Part shown: positions 11,019-21,433 of the stretch, piece after piece
Numbering within the stretch: the stretch's first letter is position 1
Layout: every line of letters begins with the position of its first letter
Assembly: GCA_000004985.1 (NCBI GenBank)
Contig: GG738910.1
Strand: one strand, 5' to 3'
From: Naegleria gruberi
Taxonomy: Eukaryota
Length of the DNA stretch: 64,000 nt
Notes under the pieces: generated by a model
Databases searched by the model: none
What the model was told of the DNA's origin: nothing
The model's input: only the letters and a program-made list of their open reading frames with translations
Position numbers and translations under genes: made by a program

Positions 11019-11591
11019 ATGGGCCATTCGGGAGAAGTCTATCATCCTATTTTGACAAGGTCTGCAGGCTATTCAAATGAACAACAGAAACAGGAACACA
11101 CTTTTCTTGTGAGTCATACACATGGCTTTGAACAAATTGTGAAGGATGAAATTCTTTTACTTTTTGACTCATTAAATTTGATGTAATTTAATTGGTATGA
11201 AAAATTAAATCCGAAAATTAGGGTCCACGATTATCCAACAACTATTGCTGGTAAATTTATGAAAAAGGTGGAAAACTCGGTACCAAACTACCTAAAAACT
11301 TTGAGTGAGAGTCACAAAGTGACATTTGTTAATTTTTCTAATTTATTTGAAATTGAATTTTTATATTCTAGAAATGGATTATTAATATTTAATGTTTCTT
11401 CTAAAGGAAGTGATAATAATTTATTTATGGAAAATCTAGTTTATTTAGTCTGCCATTTAAATGCTATTCCTAGTATTGATTTTGTGTATTCATTTATTTG
11501 CATTGTTCCTGATATACCCTTTGATAAAGAGACTACAATGCCAATATTTGCAGAAACTATACCAAAAAGAGAACAAGATACTCAAACATAG
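11019..11591 (+). CDS. N-terminal part of a THUMP-type RNA methyltransferase: exon A 11019..11182, 39-nt intron 11183..11221, exon B 11222..11591 ending at in-frame TAG
   Basis: Exon A encodes ...FLVSHTHGFEQIVKDEILLLFDSLNL, resembling the THUMPD3 TGFEQ block. The GTAATT...TTAG intron contains an in-frame TAA, and splicing restores the frame. Exon B has a THUMP-like FEIEFLYSRNGLLIFNVSS. The same frame stays open beyond the TAG at 11589-11591. Confidence 0.45.
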
Positions 11592-11705
11592 AAACAATCC
11601 TTTGAACTATTCGAAAAATTATATTGCAAAAAGTTTGAAAAACAAAATCTTTATTCCAAGGATACCAACTTTAGGGCTACTGGTGTAAGAAAACAAACAA
11701 GTATT

Positions 11706-13073
11706 TTGAAGCATGACTACAAATCAATGGATATGGCCGCTGAGTATGGATATGGAATTGGGGAAACAATTTGCAAGGACATGAAGGTTAACCTGAAAAA
11801 GTATGACCTTGACATGTTAATTTATTTGGATATTGATAGAGTGTTTATAGGAATGCTATTGTCCCCTCCATTACATGCTTTAGAAGAATTGAAAATTAGT
11901 TCAGCATGTTCAGGACATGGTGGTTGCATCTCACCAAATAATTGTTCATGTGTCTCTGGATATTATGGAAGTGATTGTAGCCAATTTGATTGTTATGGAA
12001 CTGCCTCCACAAATACATCAACATGTACTAATCACGGTAGTTGTATATCCCCAAATAACTGTTCCTGCTTATCAGACTATTATGGAAAAGAGTGTACTCA
12101 ATATGATTGTTTTGGAACTATTTCAACAAATGGTTCAGTATGTTCTGGACACGGTACCTGTCTCTCACCAAATAACTGCTCATGCTTAGCTGGATATTAT
12201 GGAAATGATTGTAGTGAATTTGATTGTTACGAAACTGCCTCCACAAATGCATCAGCATGTTCTGGACATGGTGGTTGCATCTCACCAAATAATTGTTCTT
12301 GTTTAGATGGATACTACGGAAATGTTTGTAGTCAATTTGATTGTTATGGAACTGCCTCAACAAGACATTTTTCTTTGAATAATCAAGTTATTGATAGAAA
12401 TCTCAGTGAGGACGAATTGAATGAATTGAATTCATGTGATTTGATTTATTCATACACTAAACAAGATATTAGATTAACCTTCGGAAAATCTATCTTGAAA
12501 CCTCAAACAAGTTACATGCTTTGGAAAACTTTACTGATGGAAAATTCAATTTTACGAGACAAATTATTCCAACAATCACAATTAGTTACTTTTGTTGATC
12601 CATTTGCAGGAAGTGGTACTCTTTCACTCTCACTTAATTATCTCTTCACTGATAATGATCCTAAAGTTCAACTTTATAATATTGATTTCAATCTAGATGA
12701 AGTGAGTGTTATGAAGGATAATTGCAGCAAAAACAGAAATAATCATATTTTAAATTGTGATTCTAGATTCTTACCTTTTAGAAATGAAAGCATTGATGTT
12801 GTTATATCAGATATGCCATTTGGAGTTTTATGTGAAAATCACTCTAGAAACTCAAAGGTCTACCCAAAGATTGTAAAACAACTCGAAAGAATTGTTAAGC
12901 CTGATGGAATTGTAATGCTGTTGACAATTGAACTTACCTTACTGGAATCTCAACTGAATGCCAGAAATCGGTGGACATTCACAACACAAAAAGTAACACT
13001 TGGAGATTTAGGTAAGGAATCCAAGCAACCATTTACATTGGCAAGAAGAAACCTCCACAAAATAAATTTATGA
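11706..13073 (+). CDS. continuation of the same frame: 4 tandem EGF-like repeats followed by a class I SAM-dependent methyltransferase domain (THUMP-family, motif I FVDPFAGSGT, motif IV ISDMPFG)
   Basis: 455-aa ORF in the same frame as 11019..11591, separated only by a single TAG. LTFGKSILKPQTSYMLW precedes motif I, as in THUMPD-type MTases. Confidence 0.5.
   Translation: MKHDYKSMDMAAEYGYGIGETICKDMKVNLKKYDLDMLIYLDIDRVFIGMLLSPPLHALEELKISSACSGHGGCISPNNCSCVSGYYGSDCSQFDCYGTASTNTSTCTNHGSCISPNNCSCLSDYYGKECTQYDCFGTISTNGSVCSGHGTCLSPNNCSCLAGYYGNDCSEFDCYETASTNASACSGHGGCISPNNCSCLDGYYGNVCSQFDCYGTASTRHFSLNNQVIDRNLSEDELNELNSCDLIYSYTKQDIRLTFGKSILKPQTSYMLWKTLLMENSILRDKLFQQSQLVTFVDPFAGSGTLSLSLNYLFTDNDPKVQLYNIDFNLDEVSVMKDNCSKNRNNHILNCDSRFLPFRNESIDVVISDMPFGVLCENHSRNSKVYPKIVKQLERIVKPDGIVMLLTIELTLLESQLNARNRWTFTTQKVTLGDLGKESKQPFTLARRNLHKINL
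11901..12368 (+). repeat. 4 tandem 117-nt (39-aa) coding repeats, EGF-like C-x3-G-x-C-x4-C-x-C-x2-GYYG-x2-C; copies 1 and 4 nearly identical at nucleotide level
   Basis: Repeats start at about 11901, 12018, 12135 and 12252. Cysteine spacing and codon phase are conserved. Confidence 0.7.
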
Positions 13074-13303
13074 TCAGTAATCAATTAAACCTCTTTTGCT
13101 GACAAGTCATCCGGCCGTGTTCTGTAATCACATGTCATTAATGTAACAAGCAGAAGAAAGGCTAGATTTTTCCACATCAAAAAAACAAAAAAATATTTGG
13201 TAAGTGTTTGGCTGTTCTCACTCTTTGCTCTTACACTGCTCGTATTGATGATTTGATAATGATGATGCGATCGCAAAAACAACAACAGTAGTATACTATC
13301 AAG

Positions 13304-14399
13304 ATGATTTTCTTAGAAGCTGGAAACAAAATTATTCAAGAAATCCTTCTCAAGCAATTTGATGCTTCGTACGTATTTGATGTTTTTAGCTTGATGTTTT
13401 ACTAACAACACCACAACATTTAATCTTTAATCTATTCTTTATACTGTGTAAATTAATATAACAACAACATACCATGATTCAATTTATCATCGCTCACATA
13501 TTAACAACAAAAACAGAACAAGACAACCAAGCGTCCATGTTAACGGAGGTGATTTTGATGGTACTAAATTTGTTATTCAATCTGATGCTGGTAATAAGAA
13601 CCTTCTCACCTTGTCCATCTATGTTCATGGTGAAAAGGAATTTAATCAATATGGAGGTATTGAATTGGTCAAGAAAACTTTACCAGGATTGGATGTTAAA
13701 GCACCAGGTTTAACAGTCGATGATCAAAAACATACTTTCACAGTTACTATTGATGTTGAAAAGGAAGAAAAGAATAAGGACAAGTGGTTAAAGGAATTGC
13801 CACGTGTCAAAACTACATATATGAGTGCTGTCTTTTTGCAAGCCATGGATAAACACGCAAAGGGAGAACAATTCGAACCAATCAAAGTTCCATACAGACC
13901 AGATGAAAATATTTACATTATTTCTTATAAGGGCAAGTCTTTGGTTGTTGTTTATAGTATTTTGTTCAGAGATCCTGATGATGTCGTTTTTGCCAATGGT
14001 TTCTTGTGTGAATTCAAGGATGCCAAGAAGGATCGTGCTCTCAATGCTGCTCCAAATATGAACTTTTCACAAGGTCAATTGGCTGGTGAATTGGTTGACG
14101 TAAAGAGTGTTACTGAACCAAAGGACGAAAGAACTTTGAAGAAGGAAGGTTGGGGCTTTGTTTCTATTGGTTTGTTGGATAATCATACCAAGGCTGATAA
14201 GCAATTGAATACTGCTGAATTATTGCTTGGTTTCCGTTCATATTTGCACTACCATTTGAAGTGTATGAAGGCTTACATGCACATTCGTATGAGAGAATCT
14301 GTTGAAAAGTTAATGTTGAACTTGAATGCTGCTAAGGATTTGAGCGGTAAGAAGACTGAAAAGAAGACCATGTCTGGTAGAACTTTCAAACAACAATAA
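13304..14399 (+). CDS. Arp2/3 complex subunit 2 (ARPC2/p34-Arc), two exons: 13304..13368 and 13517..14399
   Basis: Exon 1 MIFLEAGNKIIQEILLKQFDA matches the ARPC2 N-terminus. Exon 2 ...GGDFDGTKFVIQSDAG...HYHLKCMKAYMHIRMR matches the ARPC2 C-terminal block YHIKCSKAYIHTRMR. The intron restores the frame. Confidence 0.85.
13369..13516 (+). other. intron (148 nt) of ARPC2 gene, donor GTACGT, TACTAAC branch-like motif at 13398-13404, acceptor AG 13515-13516
   Basis: The only GT...AG pair that joins the two homologous coding blocks in phase. Confidence 0.7.
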
Positions 14400-15145
14400 C
14401 TTGTTTGAGTGAGAGAACATAATGACATCAGTGTCATTCACATCTTTTTGTAGTTATAAAATCACCTTATTTATTTATTTATAATTAAGTAGACTCATAT
14501 TGATGATTATTCTCAATCATATCTTCCACATTTGTATGGGGAATACCCTAACGTTTATAAAAACAAAATACTGTTTTACATGCACAAAAGCTTGTCAAGG
14601 TTGCAACTTCTCCCTCAACTATAATATAATATGGAAACTGGATAGAAAAAAGTACTGAAATCTACATAGATTTTAAACAATGCAAATATCTAAGCAAGTT
14701 ATATTGTTCCTTAATGATATTGAGGTCTCATTCTACTTTTCCTTTTACTAGTTCCTCGAATTGAGACTTTTTCTCCCATCCTAATTCAGTTTCAGCCTTT
14801 GTTGTTGGGTCACTAATAAACTTGTGTTGCAGGTCTGAAAGTTTTCATTCCTTTGTATGGCCCAATCTCTTTTGAACAGCCCTACAAATCAAAGAGTACA
14901 CCGTATGGTAAGATTAAGAAAAAGGCCAAAATTCTCAAAGATCTCACGCCCACTCCTTCTCGTCCCTCGTTCAAGCTTAGTAGAGGATCGGACCGTCCGT
15001 ACCTGATCATATCATTTCCTCATTCCATGCTCCTAGCCGACTTTGGGATGTTGAAATGTCCAAGTCTGCCTTAATACCACTCCCTTCAATTCAACAAACA
15101 GATCATAGGCTTAAAAAATCAAGTTTCTTGAAATTAACTACAAAC

Positions 15146-16680
15146 ATGAAAGAAAAAATGCAAAAGAATCAATTGATTATCACGTTGGTTGTCTTATTGA
15201 GTGTGGTCGCTTGTACTGTCTATGGTTTCTCAGCTAATCCATGCACATTCTGTCAAACAAGTTTTGATATGGTTGCTACAGATAAGAGTAAGTATGATAT
15301 TTCTTTTTGAATGGTCATGAACTCGTTGCATGAATAATCCATTCAATCCTCAACCGATTAATCCAACTCCAGTGAAGCAATTAGTTCCTCCAGTTGCTCC
15401 ACAAAACGCAAGTGAAACTGCCATCTTTTCTGATAGTAACGGAAATGCCACAACTAATAGTTCTTCGATCTTGAATGGCACCTTGGTAACTTCACACTCA
15501 ACTCAACTCATAGTCTTCATATTAATGGAAGCATTGAACACGCCAACGGTTCTATTACAGTTGGTAATTTGACCTTTGAAGGTGATTTCCATGCCAGTGG
15601 AATTATTGCCATGATTAATGACTCTTTGATTGTTGATGGTTCATCTTTAATCAATGGTTCAATTGATCACGGATTGATTCAAGTAAATGGTAGTGTTGCT
15701 TCTAATGGTTCCTTAATGATTTCCATCTCAACTTGGTTCTCTAATGGGTCTCTCTTAATTAATGGATCGTTCGATACTGATGAAGGAAATGCTTTTGAAT
15801 TGAATGGTACTTTGGGTCATAGTGGTGGTTTCGTCTATTCAAACCAGTCTTGGAACACTAATGGTTCCTTGACCATTCAAGGTGATTTGATTCTTCCTTC
15901 CATGGACGAATTCAGTGGTACTCTTCAAGTTAATGGTACTGTTAATTCCTCAATCAGTGGTGATTTGAGCATCATCGGTTCCATGCTTTTAGATGGTTCT
16001 TTCAATGGAAATGAAACTGATTTCAACATGAACGGTATTTTGACACACAACGGTTTGTTCTTCCAAGATAATGAAACTGTTCACATTGCTGGTTCATTGG
16101 TTTTTGAAGGTAACATGTCTCCCATCCAACAACTCACTTAATGGAACTGCTGTTATCGATGGTACCATGAAATCCTCAGATGGTCAATTGTATATTAATG
16201 GTTCAATGATTATCAGTGGTACATTCTTGAGTAATGAAAATCTTGAATTGAGTGGTTATTTGGCTAATAACGGTTCATTCTTAATTGATAACTCCTCCAT
16301 GACAAGTAATGGTTCTCGAAATGACTGGTACCATTTCATTGCCATGCTCAACCTTAATTGATGGTAATTTGACTGTCAATGGTAACTTGAACTCAACAGT
16401 TGGAAGTATGTTAACTATCAATGGAACTACCCATGTTAATGGTAACTTGACATTGAGCCATGCCTTACTCATCACTGGTAACTTGACAATTCACGGAACT
16501 GTTCATTTGAATAACACAAATGTTGCAATCATTGTTCAAGGGGGCGATTTCACATCTGTTGGTGGTATTGTTGCTAATAACACTGCTGATGGTGCTTTGA
16601 GAGCTGACAATGTTTTAACTTTCATGAATATTACTGATATGACTTTCACTAGTATCAAGGTGAAGAGTACAATGAAGTAA
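15146..16680 (+). pseudogene. frameshifted gene for a secreted, N-glycosylation-rich repeat protein (xINGS/LNGT repeats); signal-peptide exon 15146..15287, 85-nt intron 15288..15372, then repeat exon broken into frames 0/2/0/1
   Basis: Five overlapping ORFs in three frames (15056, 15330, 15569, 16071, 16309) all encode the same N-G-S/T repeat. Frame changes occur near 15510 (at an (ACTCA)3 pentanucleotide run), near 16125 (at a ccc run) and near 16335. Confidence 0.5.
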
Positions 16681-16938
16681 TTGAAACTCTGTAACCATAT
16701 GGATTAATTGGTAAGAATGTTGTTAAATAGTTTACAAAATAAGAGTTTGGCAAAAAAATTTTCTTTGAATCATATCTTACTACCTTATCGCAAAGGTTCC
16801 AGTCAACGAATCGACCATTAAATATTTCATCTAGTGAAGTTCACAAAATTCTAAGCAAACCTGTTGATTGGACAAGAATGTTGTGAGATGGCTTGGCAAT
16901 CTGGAGATTCATTTACTGGCATTTTAGTGTTAGAACTA

Positions 16939-17853
16939 TCATTGAAAAATTGAAATTTCTTTGGATTTGTTATTAATAACATAGAGTAAACCAGTTCTCT
17001 TATCAACAAACAATCCAAAATTTCTTGAAAAGGCATTAGAATCTTCAAATGTTTTTACAATTGAGAAATCAAACAATCTAATGACAAAAATTCGATGATT
17101 TTCAGTATCCGATAAGTAAACTAATCCAGATTCCTTCTCATAAAATATTGAATAGGCAGTTGAACACTTGGGAATGACCACTCTTCTTTTAGAGATCCAA
17201 TTATTTTCTTGCTTTTTGAAAATTTCCAAAGATTGTTGATTGGATGTTAATATTTCACTTTCAGATAAAAATTCAATTCCATATCCATTAACTAAACTAA
17301 TCCCATCTTCACCTTCATCCTTTCCTGTTTCCTTATTTGCTTTACAAACTACTGATCTATTGTAATCAAGAAAAAACACTTGATTTCCCATCAAATCCAA
17401 CCCCCAAATATTCGTGTTTGATTTTTTACATTCCCACACAATTCCTTCCTTTCCTTCCATCAAATCCTTCACTCTAATTTTAATAATTCCTCCACTTGTA
17501 CTTGCATAAATAAATTCCTCTGAATTCTCATTCACCAATCGCAAACAATGAAACACAAATTCCTTATACTTGACAGCAAATAAAAGGGAATTTTCAGAGG
17601 TGACAACTTTTGATTTATCGAAAATCATTAATGATGATCCACCAACTACAATAATTACGTCGAAACAATTAGAAATTGCAATATCAAAGCTCGGCTCGAA
17701 ATTAGCAACATTCAACGTTCGTACAAGTTTAAAATTTAAAGAAAATTGGAGGAATTTGGAAGCGAGTGATTGCTTTAAATATTTAAATAATTGATCAATG
17801 TTGTTGTCTTCCGAGGAGGATTTTAGATCAATTAGTGAAATGATTGTTGACAT
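16939..17853 (-). CDS. small cytosolic protein with NHL-repeat-like motifs (LVYLSDTENHRIFVI, LLYVINNKSKEISIF)
   Basis: 304-aa ORF with an AAAATG start; weak NHL/beta-propeller-like repeats. Confidence 0.4.
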   Translation of the reverse strand: MSTIISLIDLKSSSEDNNIDQLFKYLKQSLASKFLQFSLNFKLVRTLNVANFEPSFDIAISNCFDVIIVVGGSSLMIFDKSKVVTSENSLLFAVKYKEFVFHCLRLVNENSEEFIYASTSGGIIKIRVKDLMEGKEGIVWECKKSNTNIWGLDLMGNQVFFLDYNRSVVCKANKETGKDEGEDGISLVNGYGIEFLSESEILTSNQQSLEIFKKQENNWISKRRVVIPKCSTAYSIFYEKESGLVYLSDTENHRIFVIRLFDFSIVKTFEDSNAFSRNFGLFVDKRTGLLYVINNKSKEISIFQ

Positions 17854-18043
17854 TTTTTAATAATACATTTGAGAGATATGAGGCTGTTCCTAAAATAATT
17901 ACTATTTGATGAAAATAATCCACTAATATCAATTACTATCACTACAATATAATGTTGAGTTACATGATGTGTGTAAACCACCAAACTCCGAAATATAATC
18001 ACTAAGAATTACTAGTTGAAATTAGTATTTCATTTTGGCGCCT

Positions 18044-18052
18044 TACTAACCG
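18044..18052. promoter_or_regulatory. TTTGGCGCC E2F-like motif in divergent intergenic region
   Basis: Exact match to the E2F core TTTSGCGC. GGCGCC is otherwise almost absent from this AT-rich window. Confidence 0.3.
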
Positions 18053-18262
18053 TAAACTTTCAAGTTCGCCGCCATATGTAATTTCACCTTAAAAAAAATG
18101 AAAAAAGAAATCTCCCTTAGCACATTTTTTAAGTAAGTGCCTTGTTAAATTATTAAAAACTGAAAATGTTTAAGGGGAGAGAAGAAACGTAAAATAGATT
18201 GCGTTTCGGAAGAGTTTGAGGATGAAGAGGGAGTTTGGGTCCTGATATATGGAACATTTGGA

Positions 18263-20745
18263 ATGTTAAATTGGCCTGGTTTGTATGATAAGAAGAATCA
18301 CAAGGCAATAATATTGAATGTCGATGATTTAGGTGATTATGAGGTATTATCGGTCCTTGATTTTTCATTATGTGATTCGGATGTTTTCATGACCAAAGTA
18401 CCTGATTATCTTCAAAGTTCTTGGAAGAGTGCTTTGGAATTAACGAATAATAATACAAAAGAGGAATTAATAATGAAACACGTTTTTGAAAAACAAGAAA
18501 AGACTGTTATTGATAGAATAGAGGCAGAGAACAATGATGTTGCTCCTGACTTGCCACTAAGTACAAAATCTTTTCTTGCAAAAGGTTTGATTTCTCTTAA
18601 ACCAACAGGCATAGTGTTTGATGATAATAGGGACATGTTAAAAGTTGAAGAAGATATGGAGTGTGTGTTTGATAGGGACAAAATAGAAAATGTTGATTGT
18701 CCTATTGAGTTCTCCAAAAAACTGTTCCTCTCCTACAAAAACAACAATCCAACTCCATTACTGTCACCACTGTATGCATTACAGAACATGTATTTTGAAC
18801 AAAATTCAGAAATGAACTATCAGGAAACTCTTTCTATTCTGTTTGCCTATCTCATTAGTATTTCAAATGGAAACTTGGCCTCTACTGAGTATGTTCACCA
18901 ATTCTTTTAAATTCCAACTTTAACTCTTTTAGAAATGTCAGACAACAATCACCTGAAAATCAAACTAGATTGGCTTCATATTTCACAACAAAATATTTCC
19001 TGCCTGATAAAATATTGACTCGCAGAAATATTATTCAAGACTATGATTGGAGATGCTTTTTTGGAGAATGGAAACCAGTGGAAGTGGATACAATTTACGA
19101 CCATCCAGACTTTAAGAAAATTGTGTTACTAATGAGAGGATCTTTAAAAGAATTGATGAATAAGTTGTTCTCAAATAATTTACTTAATTCAGATACTGAA
19201 CTGGACAACTTTGGATCGCTCTCTTGTGGGACTAAAATTTGCTTTTTAAGACTTTTTCTTGTACCAAAGAGTAGAAATACTGACATTTTTTGTTATTGTT
19301 TTAGATTATTCAGTTCGGAATGGTATGATATTAAAACATCGAAAGGAAGAGCAAAAGTTATATCAATAATTCTTCAAATTGGAAAAAACTGCTTGAATAA
19401 GAATTTCAATGAAGTCAAAAAAAAGGTGGCAACAATATCTGACACACCAACAACTTCAAAGTCCAGGACAGATCCAGGACCTTTTGATATAACCAATCAG
19501 TCAATTATGATACATCAATTATTCCCTCAACATTTGTTATACGAATTTAAAACACCCGATGATGCTATTGAACATTTTTCTCTAATACTACGATATCCAG
19601 TACCTGTTGAAGAAATAGTTCAAAAAGAATACAAAAGGTCTTTTATCAAAAATTATCTGAACCAAAAAGGAAGAACCTTACTGTTTTTTACAAAGGAAAA
19701 ACCTTTCGAATTGAATGTTTGTCCAAGGGGACAATTATGTCCCCATCCTATGAATGAAATTCAGTTGTTGTCCAGTATTAAAGGAGAGAAGCAGACTTAT
19801 AGGTATTGGTTAGTTAAAGTTTCAATGAGAACAATTGAATATATATATTCTAGAATTGAAGATGGACACGATCAAGAGGATTTTGAGGACGATGAAAGGG
19901 AGGATGATGAAAGGAAAGGCGATTATAACAAAGATAATAACAATGATCAAAGCGATAACAACAATACTTCTCTTTTTCGTCTTTCCCAAAGTATTCATGA
20001 TCTTGATTTAGGATCAGACTTTAGCAACTTGCAAATGGAAAAACTAGAACAAAAATCAATTCTAGGAACCATACAATATAAGAATAAGGAATCGTATTTC
20101 AAGATTACAAATAGAGAATTTGATAATGTGTTTGTAATGAAATTGATGCAAGAAATTAGAGACCCTAATATTTGCAATATTTTCTATTATGGACCTGTAA
20201 ATAGCCAACTAAATATTACAGTTCAAGAAAAATTATTAAACTATGATGAGCTGATAAAAAAGATGCAAAGCAATCAAGAATATCAAGGAAATTCCATAAT
20301 AAGAACCATCATACTGAAGACATTGATAGGTTGTTTACATGCTCTTAAATGCATTCATAATAAGGGCATTGTTCATTGTGATGTCAGTGTTCATAATATT
20401 ATGTTTAGAATGAAAACCAGTTGCGATTTCGATGCTGTTTTAATAGATTTCAATAACTCGAAATACTTGAATTCCAATCAACCAAGTATATTGAATTACA
20501 AAGATGATTACACACCCCAAGATCCGAATATCAGATTCACGGTAAAACATGATATATTCGCTCTATCTGTGGTTATTAAAAAGTTAATGGCCAACTACTC
20601 CAGTGTTTGTGAAGAGATTTGTAGTGACATTCATTTTGAAGAATACAACATTATTCCAATCTCCAATTGTATGGAGAAAATGAGTGCACTTAAGTATTCA
20701 AGAGTTACTGAAGTATTGGATGACATTGTCTCCATGACCATTTAA
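18263..20745 (+). CDS. one gene from two ORFs: exon 1 18263..18888, 44-nt intron 18889..18932 (GTATGT...TTTTAG), exon 2 18933..20745; C-terminal divergent protein-kinase-like domain (HCDVSVHNIM, IDFNNSKY)
   Basis: Splicing joins ...NGNLASTE to ENVRQQSPENQTRLAS... in phase, and the second ORF lacks its own ATG. The kinase catalytic-loop and DFG equivalents are degenerate, so this is probably a pseudokinase. Confidence 0.5.
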
Positions 20746-21433
20746 CGTATACAAATAGCAAATATCTAAGAGCAGAAATAGTTTGCTTACTGAATATGAT
20801 CTATTCCAAAATCTCCATCCTCTGTTCGAACAATAGCAAAATGATATCTAGCAAGAATGTGAACTGGATTATCTACAAATTCAAAGATACATGTTGAAGA
20901 AGATTTGATTGTTCATCTTGTAATTACATGAATTTTGGAAAGTTGTATATAGCTCAATGTGGTTCAAAAATGGTTTGCCACCTTCAAGTGTACCAAAACA
21001 TGTGATCACACGTCTTTAACACGGCACATGTTGAGGAAATTCATATGCTCATCATCCATATGTACATGCGTTGTGGTAGTTACTCTGTGTAAATGAACCA
21101 GCTCCTTGTATTGTTGTGAGATTAAGGAGTTCTGTTTTTTTAGTTTCAGAGTGAGATGGTGTATTATATTTTTATAGAAAATCATCACTGTCTTTCATTA
21201 TTTACCATTATAGAGAAGGCCCTTAATTGAACATTAAGGCCGTGTTGCCACTTTTAGAGAAGATTACAATGTGAAGAAGAGTTGACGGTTTATTTTGATT
21301 GTATAAACTTTATTTTGAGCTTGTAAATTCATCAAGGAGAGAACTCATCTTTTTCGTATGGATTATTGTTCCTCTTGGCAATTATTATGATGATTAAAAA
21401 GAGAAGAATGGAGAAGGGTAATTAGTCATTTTA

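Noticed and set aside
11901-12368. regularly spaced direct repeats that could suggest a CRISPR array
   Set aside because: This is a eukaryotic intron-containing locus. The repeats are 117 nt with no spacers, and they are in-frame coding EGF modules.
14853-15074. 73-aa ORF MYGPISFEQPYKSK...
   Set aside because: It has non-protein-like composition and no start context. It overlaps the GC-rich island and is more likely non-coding.
16110-16181. a 70-nt GTAACA...CCTCAG candidate intron to explain the frame 2 to 0 switch in the repeat gene
   Set aside because: It is not AT-rich, it removes conserved repeat units, and a 1-nt indel at the ccc run explains the switch more simply.
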